This document shows positions 27,212-41,922 of a DNA stretch of 64,000 nt, one piece after another. The translations under genes were made by a program, and so were the position numbers. Below the pieces are notes generated by a model. That model did no database searches and had not been told where the DNA came from. It was given only the letters and a program-made list of their open reading frames with translations. The stretch comes from Octopus vulgaris. Taxonomy: Eukaryota. The stretch covers positions 100,750,001-100,814,000 of the forward strand of contig OX597822.1 in assembly GCA_951406725.2 (NCBI GenBank). The letters are read 5' to 3'. Positions within the stretch are counted from its first letter, which is position 1; every line of letters begins with the position of its first letter.

Positions 27212-27859
27212 TTCACCATTTTCTAATAAATTCCACCAGTTTCTAAATAAGTAACATATTTTTCTGTTGTTTCTTTTTTCACTTGAAACTCTCTCTCTAA
27301 AATTATTCTTTTCTTAAAGGTTTTATTAGAGGAGTTGGGAGTGGAGCTAGAAATTACAGGTAAGGAGTTAGTGATTTTCATAAAATCACGGATATATGTG
27401 TGCTATGTATATATGGCACACACGTGTGCCCTGTCCTGATATCATGGGATAGTTGTAAGCATGCATCACTGTTACACAAGCTGTGTCCATTTTCAAACTT
27501 GAAAACATGGCTAGCCACAGAAAAATGTTACCTTGCTTGAAACAGAAGGTTGCCTACAAGAAGGGCATCTGATCACAGAAAATCTGCTTCAAAGAATTCC
27601 CTCTGACATATGCAAGCACGATGAGAGTCATATATATCTTTTATCTTTAACTTGTTACAGTCATTGGATCGCAGCAATGCTGGGGGTTTGGTTGAAAGAA
27701 AATCGACCCCCAGCACATTTTTCTGAAGTCTGGTACTTATATTGGTCTCTTTTGCTGAACCACTAAACAAACCGTTGTAGCACTGTGGTGAGGGGCAAAC
27801 ACAAAAACACGTACACAGTTATATGCATACGCACTCACATATAAATGCATATTCATACA

Positions 27860-28100
27860 AACACACACACACATGTGCGCTCACAGACACACACAGACAC
27901 ATGAGCTCACACACACATGTGCGCTCACACACACACATGTGCACTCACACACACACACACACGTGCACTCACACACACACACACACATGTGCACTCACAC
28001 ACACACACAATGTGCGCTCACACACACACACGAGTGCTCACACACACACACACAAGTGCTCTCTCACACACACACGTGTGCTCACACACACACACACACA
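27860..28100. repeat. compound (CA)n / GTGC(G/A)CT minisatellite inside a degenerate SINE
   Basis: About 20-bp period CACACACACACATGTGCACT; source of the HT-rich ORFs. Confidence 0.9.
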
Positions 28101-28689
28101 ATGGGATTCGTTCAGTTTCCTTTTACCAATTCCACTCACAAGGCTTAGTTTGGTTGGCTTGAGGCTATAGTAGAAGACACCTGACCAAGGTGCCATGCAG
28201 TGGGAAGCAAACTTTGTACTACACAGCAATGCTTGCACCTATATAAAGTAAATATGCCAGTACTTGGCATGGAAGAGAGAGAGGCAGTTATTAACATGCC
28301 AACAGCTGGGTATAAACAACCACAAAGTTTATAGGTGAGAGCTGGTGTATCATTGATTTCAACAATCTTCAGCTCTTATCAGTATGGAAACCTTATTGAA
28401 GTGGTGGGGGAAAGGCATTCTTAGACTAGATAGATATAAGCTGAAATATTTTCAGAGGGACAGAGAGAGTGGAATGAGGGAGGAGGGAGGACAGGGCAAC
28501 CATGGAATAGAGAGAGAGAGAGAGAGAGAGTTTCTTTATTCACCATAAGGTTGAGAAAAAGAGGGGATGATACCAGGACAGACAAAACAAACCTTGGGGT
28601 CAGGGTATCTAATGAGCTGTGCATATGTGCGTGCGTGCGTGTGTGTGGTGTGTGTGTGTATAAGACAATATTAATTTGCTATTGGCAAA

Positions 28690-28834
28690 TATAAGGTTGT
28701 CCTAAAAGTTCGTAGAAAGTCTTGGAAAATAATGGTCTTTATTTTGAGGAATAATTTTTGTTGTTTTTGTTAGTACTTGGCGAGTAAAAGTTCAATTTTC
28801 GCAAGTGTTTACAAACTTTTGGGACAACCTAATA
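28690..28834. mobile_element. mariner-type MITE
   Basis: TA|TAAGGTTGTCCTAAAAGTTCGTA ... TACAAACTTTTGGGACAACCTAA|TA; ~23-bp TIR resembling the mariner end at 11546. Confidence 0.85.
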
Positions 28835-29376
28835 ATTTTAAAACAAAATGATAAAAAAAGAAATAAAGAAAATTATAACTGGAAATCAAAATAGAGTGAT
28901 ACTATCCAACACAAATAATCTAAAATGTTTTTAGAACATCAGGGCGAATACACAATACTACAAATATAAATATATGTGTGTGTGTATATAGAATTTACAA
29001 AAAAAAAAGATGGGGAGGGGGGGGATAGAAGACAAACAAGGTCAGAAGTAAAGACAAAAAAAAAAAAAAGCAATGTTTTGTTAATACAACTAATATCACC
29101 ACCACCACTACTGCTACCACTAAACTAACACATCCTAATTGCGCCATATAGGCATTTAAAAACCAAACTGGAACATCAAGGAATGCAGAGTGCCACAGTG
29201 TGTGAGTATGTGTGAGTGCATGCCTGCCTGCCTGCCTGCCTGCATGTGTGTGTGTGTGCGCGCATGCGTGTAAAGAATGATAATTAACGAGATGATAGAG
29301 ATGACAAATTAGGAGAGGTGCGGTGGGGTGGAAGGCCCCTCCCAGCCACCAGTTTGGAGATATGACAAAAGGGAAA

Positions 29377-29773
29377 TCTTTATATATAAAAGTGAGGTTG
29401 TGTGCTGTCTGTCTCCTACGATTTAGATTCCTAACTACTCCCACATTTTGCGGTGCAGTGTAACCAAAAGCCGAGTATCTTATAGTCGTGATTCATATCG
29501 AGCCCTTCTGGGTATTAGCGCGTCTACAATGAGTCTACGATTTTAAAAATAATTTACCATCATTTTTTTCCATTTTTAATGCATTTTTTTGCTATTATAT
29601 AATGGAAATAACTCTCTAAAATTGTATTATTAAATCTCAGAACGTAAAAAGCTACAATAACACCTCCCTTTGTAGTTAGCCATATTGAGATGGCTATTAT
29701 ACTTTACATCTCTAAAAATGCTTATATAGTTATTTCCCTTACAAACCCGAGCAACGCCGGGCGATACTGCTAG
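29377..29773 (+). mobile_element. non-autonomous Helitron
   Basis: A|TC 5' end (TCTTTATATATAAAA), GC hairpin CCCGAGCAACGCCGGG at 29746-29761, CTAG|T 3' end, no TSD. Confidence 0.85.
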
Positions 29774-30019
29774 TATTATTATAAAATAATAGTACTGATG
29801 TCAATATAGGTCATTTTCCCTATTTTTATTTTCATTCCTCTTCTTTGTAACAAGGGCATATTTACCCCAATACGTGTTCAGCAATGTGCTGACAGTGCTA
29901 TCATTACTTGTCGATGGAGGTTGGTCAATTTTGCCTTTCCTCCTGGTGAGGGGGTAGCGAGGTGTCATGTCAGTGGAATTGACCACCAATTGAGCATTGG
30001 GGAGTCAATATAATGGACT

Positions 30020-30387
30020 GGAGGCGCAATGGCCCAGTGTTTAGGGCAGCGGACTCGCGGTTTCGATTCCCAGACCGGGCGTTGTGAGTGTTTATTGAGC
30101 GAAAACACCTGAAGCTCCACGAGGCTCCGGCAGGGTATGGTGGTGATCCCTGCTGTACTCTTTCACCACAACTTTCTCTCACTCTTACTTCCTGTTTCTG
30201 TTGTACCTGTATTTCAAAGGGCCGGCCTTGTCACTCTCTGTGTCACGCTGAATATCCCCGAGAACTACGTTAAGGGTACACGTGTCTGTGGAGTGCTCAG
30301 CCACTTACATGTTAATTTCATGAGCAGGCTGTTCTGTTGATTCGGATCAACCGGAACCCTCGTCGTCGTAACCGATGGAGTGCTTCC
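30020..30387 (+). mobile_element. SINE family C, tail type 1
   Basis: Same as 9303-9679; TSD ATAATGGACT at 30010-30019 and 30388-30397. Confidence 0.9.
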
Positions 30388-32240
30388 ATAATGGACTACT
30401 CCCTTCCTGCATAATTTCAGGCTTGTACCTCTAGTAGACAATGTTGACTTTGTCTTTCATCCTTTTGGGATTGATTAAATAAGTACCAGTTATGCACTGG
30501 GGTTGACATAATCGACTTAATCCGTTTAGCCCCCTGTGGGTAGTAAAGAAAATAATAATTATTATTATTATTAAGGCAGTGAGCTGTGAGACTCGTTAGC
30601 ATACAGGGTGAAATGCTTAGCAGTATCTTGTCTGAAACTACGTTCTGAGTTTAAATTCTGCAGAAGCTGAGACTTTGCCTTTCATCTTTTCGGGGTCGAT
30701 AAATTAAGTACCAGTAAAGCACTGGGGTCAATATGATCAACCTATCCCCTCCCCCAAATTTCAGGCCTGGTACCTATAGTAGAAAGAATAATTATCATTA
30801 TTATTATTGTTATTATCATTATTATTATTATTATTATTATGGTGGTGAGCTGGCGCAATTGTTAAAGTGTCAGGTAAAACATGCTTAGTGGAATTTCATC
30901 TGTCTTTACATTCTGAATTCAAATTCTGCCAAGGCTGACTTTGCCTTTCATCCTTTTAGGGTCAATAAATTAAATACTAAAGATGGGGGAGTGGGGGTGA
31001 TTTAATCAACTAGCCCCAGCCCCTCCCTCCAATTTCAAGCCTTGTGCCTATAGCCTATAGTTTGTTATTATCATCATTTTCAGTAACACCAGGTATTGCA
31101 TGTAGAACGAATCTGGTTATTGGCTGAGTCCATTGAGAGGATAGTCCCACTGCCTTCCTATGGCCAGGAAGAGCAGGCTGCTTTCTTTTGCCTGGTGGTC
31201 TTAGCGAAAGGAAAGCCTTTCAAAAGAAAGCAAAGTTGGTGGGAGGGCGGCACGTGAACAAAACATTCGAGCGAGGTCATTGCCAGTGCTGTTGGACTGA
31301 CTCCTGTGCAGGTGGCACATAAACAACACCATTTTTGAGCGTGGCTGTTGCCATTACCGCCAGACTGGCCCTCGTGCCGGTGGCACATAACAGCACCCAC
31401 TACACTCTCGGAGTGCTTGGCGTTAGGAAGGGCATCCAGCTGTAGAAACTCTGTCAGATCAGATTGGAGACTGGCGCAGCCATCTGGTTCATCAGTCCTT
31501 AGTCAAATCTTCCAACCCATGCTAGCATGGAAAGTGGATGTTAAACGATGATGATGATGATGTAATCCTAATAAGCTAGCAGCAACAATAACAGTAACAA
31601 CCAACCATCAAGCAGCGGCAATCAATCATCTCTATAGTCAAACATCTCTATACTCTATGTCAATGTCTAGACAGTTCCACTCAATAATGTAAAGGTTAAA
31701 ATATGATGATGATCAGATACAACTGTGTCAACTAAAGGCATTGCAATTTTATATTTCTTTCTTTCACATTCTAGTACATTAGAAACCAAAAATGAAGGTA
31801 GCTGCCATTCTTAGCATCGACAAAATGAATATGATAGAGGGATAGTTAACTCTTTTGCTTCCTTTACTATTGTTCCAGAACCACATGAGACTAGATTGGC
31901 CAGCCAATTCTAAAATGCATCATATTGCATGAATTGTACAAACTGTCTAACTATATTTACACCCACTTAGAAGGAACTCTCTAATCATCATCATCGTTTA
32001 ACGTCTGCCTTCCATGATGGCATGGGTACTGAAGAAGAAAACTAAGCTCTTCCTTTTGTTATTTGTTTCTGTTTTGTAATGGAATTATTACAAGACTGGG
32101 CTTTTGATGTTAAACAAAAGCAGTGCAAGATAACTTCTAGACAAAGGCTCAAAATTATGGAAAAAGGACAGATTGCTTTGTGAGTCTTGTACTTTTCTAA
32201 AGAGCAATATAAGTGGAATGAAATGATTAGAACATGGAAT

Positions 32241-32534
32241 GTTTGTTCCTTCTCGAGCCAACCTTGGCTCATAGGGCCAGTTTCCCGGTTTCCTTGGCGT
32301 ATAGGTTTCTCATCTGGACGGGACGCCAGTCTGTCGCAGGTGAGCTGCAAGATGCAGGAGGAAAGAGAGAAAGTTGTAGCGAAAGAGTCAGCAGAAGTTT
32401 GCCATTACCTTCTGCCAGAGCTGCGTGGAGCTTAGGTGTTTTGCTTATAAAAACACATCGCCCGGTCTGAGATTTGAACCTGCGATCCCTCAACCGCAAG
32501 TCTGCTGCTCTAACCACTAGGTCACGTGCCTCCA
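32241..32534 (-). mobile_element. SINE family C variant with tail type 2
   Basis: C-type head; tail ACGCCAAGGAAACCGGGAAACTGGCCCTATGAGCC; TSD AGAA(C/T)ATGGAATG. Confidence 0.8.
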
Positions 32535-33168
32535 CAGAATATGGAATGAGTATGAAAAATCATATTTCTATTCAAGTATATATTTACATATGATATTGAA
32601 ACCAATACCTTTTATGGTAAGAAAACTTTTCTCACCACACAACTGAGGTATGAGAAAAATATTTGTTTTTTTTCCCATCTTCCAAGAGTGACTTACGTAA
32701 AGAGTCTCATGCTTCAAGGTCTAATAGATGCAGTGAAATTTAACCCCATGATTTCACAAACTGTGTCAACAAGAAGGCCAAAGAAATTGGTGATACATTT
32801 TTCAATGAAGTGTTAGACATAACCTTGCAACAGAGTAAAATAGCTTTGTATATTAGTTACAGCCTCACTTATACACAAAGAAATTGAAAATTGCAGCCAA
32901 ACTTCAAATTTATTACTTTTGTTTCTTAACTTTATAGTTTTATACTTGTGAAGTCTATACTTATGTGTTCAGATTATTCTGTTAAATGTAATTCTTTTAA
33001 ATTAATCATGCATTATTTTATAGCTTTGAGATTTCAATAATGTGATCGTTTATTAGTAGAATGTTAATGAGAGGTTAGATAAGGCCAATTTGAACATAAA
33101 ATATGTAGAATATTTGAGCTGGATTTGACTGGTTTCACTACTACAGGGTTAAGGAGGTAATCCCACTG

Positions 33169-33401
33169 AAGGCGGCGAGCTGGCAGAAATGTTAGCATAC
33201 CGGGTGAAATGCGTAGCCGTATTTCGTCTGCCGTTACGTTCTGAGTTCAAATTCCGCCGAGGTCGACTTTGCCTTTCATCCTTTTGGGGTCGATTAAATA
33301 AGTACCAGTTACACACTGGGGTCGATGTAATCGACTTAATCCCTTTGTCTGTCCTTGTTTGTCTTCTCTGTGTTTAGCTCCTTGTGGGTAGTAAAGAAAT
33401 G
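33169..33401 (+). mobile_element. SINE family B
   Basis: Consensus match; TSD GGTAATCCCA(C/T)T. Confidence 0.9.
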
Positions 33402-35683
33402 GGTAATCCCATTGGATGGTACCTTGGGTAAATGTCTTATAGCTCCAGGCTGACCAAAGCCTTGTGAATAGATTTGGTACACTGGAAGCTAAAAGAAGAG
33501 CCTATCATATATATGTGAGTGTATTTGTGTCCCCATTATGTCGACATTAAGTGATAGTTATTTCTGAGTGTCACCATTATACAAGCGGAATCCTTCACTT
33601 CCAGTTTTCCATGAAAATGTATCAAGCCATGGGGAAATATTACCTTGCTTAGAAACAGGAAGGGTATCTGGCTGCAGAAAAATCTGCCTCAATGAATTCC
33701 ATCTGATCCATGCAAACATGGAAAAGTGGGTGTTAAAATGATTAACCCTCACCTCTATGAATGACTATTCAAAACTGTAAAGAAAATGGCTTTGTGGGAA
33801 AATGCCCCAGGGGAGAATAAAATATATTCTGCATCATCATCATCGTTTAACGTCCGCTTTCCATGCTAGCATGGGTTGGACGGTTCAACTGGGGTCTGGG
33901 AAGCCAGAAGGCTGCACCAGGCCCAGTCTGATCTGGCAGTGTTTCTACAGCTGGATGCCCTTCCTAATGCCAACCACTCCGTGAGTGTAGTGGGTGCTTT
34001 TTAGGTGCCAGACGAGGCTGGCGAACGACCATGATCAGATGGTGCTTTTTACGTGCCACCGGCACGGAGACCAGACGAAGCTGGCAATAGCCACGGTCAG
34101 ATGGTGCTTTTTACGTGCCACCGGCACGGAAGCCAGTCAGGGCGGCGCTAAGTACAAATAGGATCTCACTGATATGTGTAACATGGGAAGTTGAAAGATA
34201 TTTTCACAAGATGTCAAACATTTGTTGAATATTTAATGATTATTTTCATATAGATTACAAGGCTACGATACAACTTAAATGGAAATGATGTTAAAAAAAT
34301 CTGATTTCCAAATTACCAGTTAAGTTAAACTGTATCTGTGTGTGTAAGTACATATGTATTACACATTTATACAAACACATACATATATGCCAGTAATTCT
34401 TAGTTTTGATGATTGTAGCACATTTTCGCAAATTATAAATCTGAGACCTTTTAAAAATATTTTGCAATGGGGAACACTTTACATTTTGTAATTTTCTTGG
34501 GAGAAATGGAGAAATATTCTGCATTAAATGTGGCTCCTATCCCTATGGCTTCCCTCAACTTTTCTTTTATATTTTATTAAATATTTTAAGGGCAAAAGAT
34601 TTTGTCATTACTATCCTTTTGCAATTATATTGCAGCACAAAGGGTTGGGAAAAAAGGACACATACCATACACACAAACACACACTTGTTTGCATATACAT
34701 ACAACCATATAAAATATGTTTGTGTGGGGATGCAGGAGTAGGGGTACCCCCCACATATACATATCTCAAAAATGAACAATTTCTTAGACTATTCTTTGTC
34801 AATGAGAGGACAATACTTGTACTTGTTCTATGGTCCCTAGAGGAAAAAGATAAACAGTCAACTCTGGTGAGATTTTAATAACAACAAAATTAAGGCTGCA
34901 ATGATAATCATCCACATTAAAAGGATTCTGGTTTTCATATTTAACTTTTAAAATTTTATATTTACACTGAAATTTTTTTAAAATCTGTTCCTTAAGATAT
35001 TAATTTCTCTTTTAGACAGACTGTTTTTTTACAGTAGAAGGAATGTGATGGTGTGACAATAGTCATCTCTTTAGTGAAATGGAGTTGAAATTCGCTTTTA
35101 TGATTCATGTTTATTGACACACAATCTCTTATATTTTTTTACAATATTTTGCAAATATGACCAGGAGAGTCTTTGACTATAAAATACTGTAGTTTTCTTT
35201 ACAGTTCTTTCCTGCCCAAAAGTTTGGCAAAGTTACTTGCCAATCTGATACAGAATTTGACTGGAGAAAAGGGAGCAGGCATGAATGTGTGGTTAAGAAC
35301 TTTGTTTTTCAATCACATGGTTCCAAATTCAGTCCCACTGTGTGATACCTTGATTAAAGCCTTGTGAGTAGATTTGGTAAATAGAAACTGAAAGAAGCTT
35401 GTTGTATATGTATGGATATATGTGTCCTCCTCAGCATTGTTTTACTGCCTATTTTCCATGCTGATATGTATATATTCTTTTATTCTTCTACTTGTTTCAG
35501 TTATTTGGCTGCAGCCAAACTGGAACACCATTTAAGAGGATTTTAGTCAAAGAAATCGACTCTGACATATTCTTTGTAAGCCTAGTACTTATTCTTATCA
35601 GTATCTTTTACTGAGCTAAATTACAGGGGACATAAACACATCAGCATCAGTTGTTAAGTGATGGTGGGGGGCAACACAGACAC

Positions 35684-35747
<64 letters not shown>

Positions 35748-36529
35748 GTATACAATGGACTTCTTCCAGTTTCCATCTACAAAATCCACTCACAAGGCTT
35801 TGGTCAGCCTGAGACTATAGTAGAAGTCATTTGCCTAAGGTGCCAAGCAGCAGAACTGAACCCAGAATTATGGTTGAGAAGCAAGCTTCTTACCACACAA
35901 CCATGCTGTATATTTACGTGAGTGTTTGTGTACGCATGCGCTTCTGTTCTTTGGTCTTGACATCATGTTATAGTTGTAAACAAGCATCACCATCATACAA
36001 GTGGTGTGCATCTCCAATCTTCCAAGAAAATATGTCCGAGTTTGGAGAAATATTATTTTGCTTGGAAACAGGCGAGGGTTGGCGAAGACAAGCCATATAT
36101 GTCTGACCCATACAAATGAGGAAAAGTAGAAGTGATAACAAAAAAGAAATGAAACCAAACTAAATTTACTAAAAATTGAACTCAAATTGTAAGAGATATA
36201 GTCTGGTCCATCGTCACTAAATCGTTGTATTGCCTTAGAAGCTAAACAAATTAATTATCTGGTGGGAGAAAATTTAAAAGGTTAGTGTTATAGTATGAGT
36301 GTACAATTCCTTCCCCAAACACCAATAATTAATTGTTAATCCTATAATGCTTTTTGTTAATAATTATTGATGCTTCAAATACACTCTTATGGGAAGAAAA
36401 TGACAAATTTGAAAGCTTGGATGAGTTTAGGATTTGAGCAATACTTATTGCAACCACGCAATTACAATATCTGGCAATTGTTGCAGAATTATTGACATTT
36501 CAATAATACATACTTACAAACAAAACTAT

Positions 36530-36695
36530 AGGCGTAGGAGTGGCTGTGTGGTAAGTAGCTTGCTTACCAGCCACATGGTTCCGGGTTCAGTACCACTACG
36601 TGGCACCTTGGGCAAGTGTCTTCTACTATAGCCTTGGGCCGACCAAAGCCTTGTGAGTGGATTTGGTAGACAGAAACTGAAAGAAGCCCGTCGTA

Positions 36696-36756
<61 letters not shown>

Positions 36757-36997
36757 ATATATATATATGTATGTGTGTGTGTATATGTTTGTGTGTCTGT
36801 GTTTGTCCCCCCAACATCGTTTGACAACTGATGCTGGTGTGTTTACGTCCCTGTAACTTAGCAGTTCAGCAAAAGAGACCGATAGAATAAGTACTAGGCT
36901 TACAAAGAATAAGTCCTGGGATCGATTTGCTCGACTAAAGGCGGTGCTCCAGCATGGCCACAGTCAAATGACGGAAACAAGTAAAAGGGTAAAAGAG
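36530..36997 (+). mobile_element. SINE family A
   Basis: Consensus match with long internal (TA)n. Confidence 0.9.
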
Positions 36998-38142
36998 TAT
37001 ACATATAATTATTGTGTGATTAAGAAGTTCGCTTGTCAACCAACCACACAGTTTCAGGTTCAACCCCACTGCATGACACTTTATGCAAGTGTTTTCTACT
37101 ATAGCCTCAGGCTGGCCAAAACTTTTTGAGTCGATTTGGTAAAGGGAAACTGGAAGAAGCCCATAGTGCATGCGAGTGTCTATGTATGATGGGCTTCAGT
37201 TTCTATCACTCACAAGGTTTTCTTCAGCCCAAGGCTATATTAGAAGACACTTGCCCAAGGTGCTGTGTAATAGGACTGAACCCAAAACCAAATGGTTTTG
37301 AAATGAAATTCACACATACACTATCCCAATCAAACGTTAGACAGGTGTTGGTCCAACTGGAGGTACTGCCTTTGCCAATATATTGGAGGACCGTGCCTCC
37401 TTCATTTTTGGCTCAGTTTCTAAAGGGTGTACACAGTGAATTTCATCATAGCACCAGGCCTACAGAGGCTATCTTGCATCTCAGAAAATGGAAAAGTCAG
37501 CAATGAACACACTGTGCTCATTGAAAGCAATATACATATATATATATATATAGATACTCATAACAGATATAGGGTAAAGAATTATTAATTTAATAATTGA
37601 TAAATTTTACCAAGTAGTTTTGGTATGGAAAATAAAACCATTTATCGGTAAAAACTTATACAAAAATTTTTTTTTATATAATTATAAATAAAATTGTTGC
37701 TAAAGCCTTAATTATATTTATATAGATAGATACATACATGCATACATGTTTATATAGATAATAGCAGATATGTACATACTAGGTCAGATCAATAAGTATC
37801 TGGATTGTTGCCATAGTGATGAAGCTAAAGTATGCAGAATGAAGCCACTTGGCACAGATTGACCTTGAACTCTATTGTGCCCTAGCAATGGTAGGATAAA
37901 AAAGGGCTTTGTTGCATTACTGCAATGTATAGCAGTGCTTGGAAGGAAGGTGTGTAGCGTGTAATTGTGGCAATGACCATGACACATATGTTGAGCAGAG
38001 AGAATCTGCATCAAATTTTGCCTATGGCAACAGTCTGGATACTTACTGATCAGACCATGTACTTATTTATATACATATGATTTTGATTCATGAAGTCAGT
38101 CATAGTTGTGCACAATGGACAAGATTTGTGTGTGTGTGTACA

Positions 38143-38531
38143 TCTATTATATAAAATCCATTCTGTCTGACTGTGTGTGTGTCTTCCAGGATCTCGGGCA
38201 TCCTCCATCCAATTGCGCTCTAATTTGATATGTAGATACCGACGATATCAGGGCATGTATAAATCTTGAAAAAAATTACAAAAATCGATTCCAGGTGAGA
38301 ATGCAATCGATTAAGCCGTGGGAACATGCATTTGTACACGCAAGTACGTCAGCTGTTGTGATCGATACTATGCGTATGCGAGAAAAATGCATGTGCAGTT
38401 TGCGCGAAAAAGCTGGCCGGCTTGAAATAATGCCACAAAATGGGACGGTCGAACAAGTTGTTTTGAGAAAATTTGGTTTAAATGTTTGACAACTCAGCAC
38501 CGTCCGTTGGACAGGGAGCGTTTTGCTCTTG
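38143..38531 (+). mobile_element. non-autonomous Helitron, second family
   Basis: A|TCTATTATATAAAAT 5' end, subterminal hairpin GTCC-GTT-GGAC, 3' CTTG|T (CTAG variant); CpG-rich relative to flanks. Confidence 0.65.
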
Positions 38532-39835
38532 TATATATATATATATATATATATATAGAAAGAAAATTTCATGTTTTACGTCAAACATATTCCTTACTAT
38601 TAAATAAGCTGTAAAAGACCAATACATTCGCTTTTCTTTGCATATAAATATTTTTGGCATCAAAGGCCATGGCTAAGGTAAACTATTCCAGAAGTGGGGC
38701 TGGGGGAATCAAACAAATGAGTCTCAGGTAATAATTCTTTAGGCCCTTATACAAAGATGGTGGGAATTAAGTGCCAATGGTTACATAAACTACATGGCTA
38801 TCACATGCCCTTCCTTACCTGCCAGCAGTGTTAAACTTTCTATTATTTAGTGAGGGATATATTCACATCAAAACACAATCAGATTACGTATGTTATGTTA
38901 CAATAAGGCTTACATAAAAAGCCACTTCATGTTGAACAACGTTACACAGCTTTGAAATACTTAATAGGTTGATGCAAGTGAATGAAACAATTCAGAAATA
39001 CACCTAGATGAATGCACAGATAAGGATAAGGTGGGGTTGGGATTAGGAAATGAGGTCAAGCTTTATGGTGTCCAGTGACATGAATGGGTTGGTCTCTTTG
39101 TTTGCTTCCAGACATAGGAAAATGTACCAGGATAATAACTTTCAAAGACTAATACAATCAACAATGATGTTTTGTCTAATTTAATCTCAAAATGTGTCTT
39201 TTCTTTAAGAGAAAACTTACCAAATTACTATATACTAACTTCTAGGTATGGCTGTGTGGATAACTAAGAAGTTTACTTCCTGACCAAATGGTTTCAGGAT
39301 CAGTCCCCATACATGGCACCTTGGGCATTTTCAATGATAGCCCAAAGCTGACTGAAGTCTTGTGAGTGAATTTGGCAGACCCGTGCAAGGATGGAAAAGT
39401 GTATGTTGAAACAATATACATAATCCTCCACTTTACCCCCTGACAAACTGATAGCCACTAATGACCACTCCTCTTTATTCCCCATTCATTATATTTACCT
39501 CTATCCCATCGCTATCCAACTATCATTGTTCTTTCACCTTCTCTCAGACTTATCAACCCATTCATCCTGTCCAATCCTCTCTTTCCTCTTACATTCACCC
39601 TCCTCCAACTTAAGGGTACATTCTAATGCTTCATCACCACAACCAACTTTTTTTTTTTCCAGCTGGGGTAGCAATGTATTGCCACTATAGCAAGATACCA
39701 GTTCCTCTCTCTATCATATTTCAACTACTCATCGTCTAGCATTAGGCCACCTCCTCTATCAATACTGCTTGTCCTGTGAGTTACTTTTTGCTGTTGCTGC
39801 AAAAAGAGCATCCAATGAACTATGTAAAGGCCATA

Positions 39836-40066
39836 AAGGCAGTGAGCTGGCAGAAACGTTAGCGCGTCGGGCGAAATGCGTAGCCGTATTTCGTCTGCCG
39901 TTACGTTCTGAGTTCAAATTCCACCGAGGTTGACTTTGCCTTTCATCCTTTCGGGGTCGATAAATTAAGTACCAGTTACGCACTGGAGTCGATGTATCGA
40001 CTTAATCCCTTTGTCTATCCTTGTTTGTCCCCTCTATGTTTAGCCCCTTGTGGGTAATAAAGAAAC
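39836..40066 (+). mobile_element. SINE family B
   Basis: 14-bp TSD TATGTAAAGGCCAT at 39821-39834 and 40068-40081. Confidence 0.9.
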
Positions 40067-40227
40067 ATATGTAAAGGCCATCCAGCCATAGAAAAATTCC
40101 AAAGCTGGCACTGAGCTTGCTGTAGTCCTTCAGTAGAACCATCCAGCCATGTCAGCATAGAAAATAGATGTTTGATGGTGACAATGAGGATGATGAATTT
40201 TTTTTCAACCATATTTCATTGAAAGTT

Positions 40228-40558
40228 ATCTTGGGCAAGTGTCTTCTGCTATAGCCCCGGGCCGACCAATGCCTTGTGAGTGGATTTGATAAACGGAAAC
40301 TGAAAGAAGCCTGTCGTATATATGTATATATATATATATGTGTGTGTGTGTATGTCTGTGTTTGTCTCCCTAGCATTGCTTGACAACCGATGCTGGTGTG
40401 TTTACGTCCCCGTCACTTAGCAGTTCGGCAAAAGAAACCGATAGAATAAGCACTGGGCTTACAAAAAAGAATAAGTCCCGGGGTCGATTTGCTCGACTAA
40501 AGGCGGTGCTCCAGCATGGCCGCAGTCAAATGACTGAAACAAGTAAAAGAATAAAAGA
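40228..40558 (+). mobile_element. SINE family A, 5' truncated
   Basis: Begins at ATCTTGGGCAAGTGTC; tail intact. Confidence 0.85.
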
Positions 40559-41058
40559 AAACACAGGAATGTTTTCTGACTTTTGTCAGAATCAAACAAT
40601 CCAAGAACTCATTGAAACTTAAAGCTGATTATCTTGCAGAAACTATTTCTGCAATTTACTTAATTAAATAACTCTAGAGCTACCAGTAGAAAGGTCCGAA
40701 GAGAATGCTCACAAATATATTATACAAACCCCGAAGGTGACCTTAACGTGATCTGACTGCTCCCACTGTTGTAATTTAACAGACATTATTTGTGTCCTTT
40801 TAAACACCTCATATAATAGATACAGTTACGACAATAATGAATACAGCACAGCACACATTTGAGAGTTAAACTTACAACCAAAGCAATGAGGATGAGCCTC
40901 TCTATAATCAATATGTTTACACTTAAAGCATCATTAAAAGGTAGAAAGATCATACTGAGTAAAGATTATGACAGTTTCAATCCTTAGCTGGGCTTTTTCA
41001 CTTCATTTGCCTTTTACAGTTTGTGTCTGTGAGTTTCACCACAGTCAATAGTCTAGAC

Positions 41059-41922
41059 CAGGGGTCAGCAACTTCTTTGCCTCCACAGGCCAGATCGAGT
41101 ATTAATGACAGATAGAGGGCTGGATGAAGGCCATAAAAGAATAATTACGGAAAATTACACAAGCTAAAATTTAATTATGAGTGTTGAGTATTACTTAAAA
41201 ATAATTTGTATTAACTACAGTTGAATGTAGTAATGGAAAAAACACCATTTATTCAATTTAAGACACTGTTGGAATCAGTTGTTTAAAAAAATCTTAAAAA
41301 TATATAGCCGCCATAAAATTAATGGGAAACTCAATATTTTTTGTTCCTTGAAAGCTTCTCAATATTAGGCTTCAAACTTGTTGATGCCAAGAGCAAGATA
41401 TTATCAAGATGATTATCAGTTAAACTTGTTCTCAAATTGTTCTTCGTTTGCTTCAATTTGGAAAATAATTGCTCCCCACTGATAAGTGCTTCCAAACAAA
41501 GATGCCATCTTCTTTCGCAAGATTCACTAAGTTGGTATATTTCCCACTTGGAAAAATTTATTTTGCATAGACGTCAATCAATGAAACATCTTTAGAGTGA
41601 AGTTTAGATGTCAATAGGTCATCACACTGGCATATCAATCAATTCCATTTAAAAACATTCTGATACTGTCTCCACCGTCACATCAAATGGTACAACAAAC
41701 AATTTAACCTGATTTGCATGCAGACGAAAATCAGCAAAACATGATGCAAATTCATTTCTCAAATCCTGGATTATATTCACAAATACCTCTGAATCCTGTG
41801 GTTTCTTGAAATGATGGAAAATGTGCATAATTTTTATTTCGAAGTTGATGTTCCCCCAACTGTAGCTTTTTTTTTTTCAAAGGCAACAATATGGTTATAC
41901 ATTTCATTTACAAGTTGAGTCC
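41059..41922 (-). pseudogene. hAT (Buster/Charlie/GTF2IRD2-like) transposase C-terminal remnant with one TIR
   Basis: TIR CAGGGGTCAGCAAC after target GTCTAGAC (NTCTAGAN-type); frameshifted minus-strand peptides EMYNHIVAFEKK..QLRNKNYAHFPS..DLRNEFASCFADF..MELIDM..KMASLFGSTY..EQLFSKLKQTKNNLRTSLTDNHLDNILLLASTSLKPNIEKL (hAT dimerisation domain). Confidence 0.9.

Noticed and set aside
41319-41922. Domesticated GTF2IRD2/ZBED-like host gene
   Set aside because: Multiple stops and frameshifts plus a retained TIR and target site indicate a dead transposon copy
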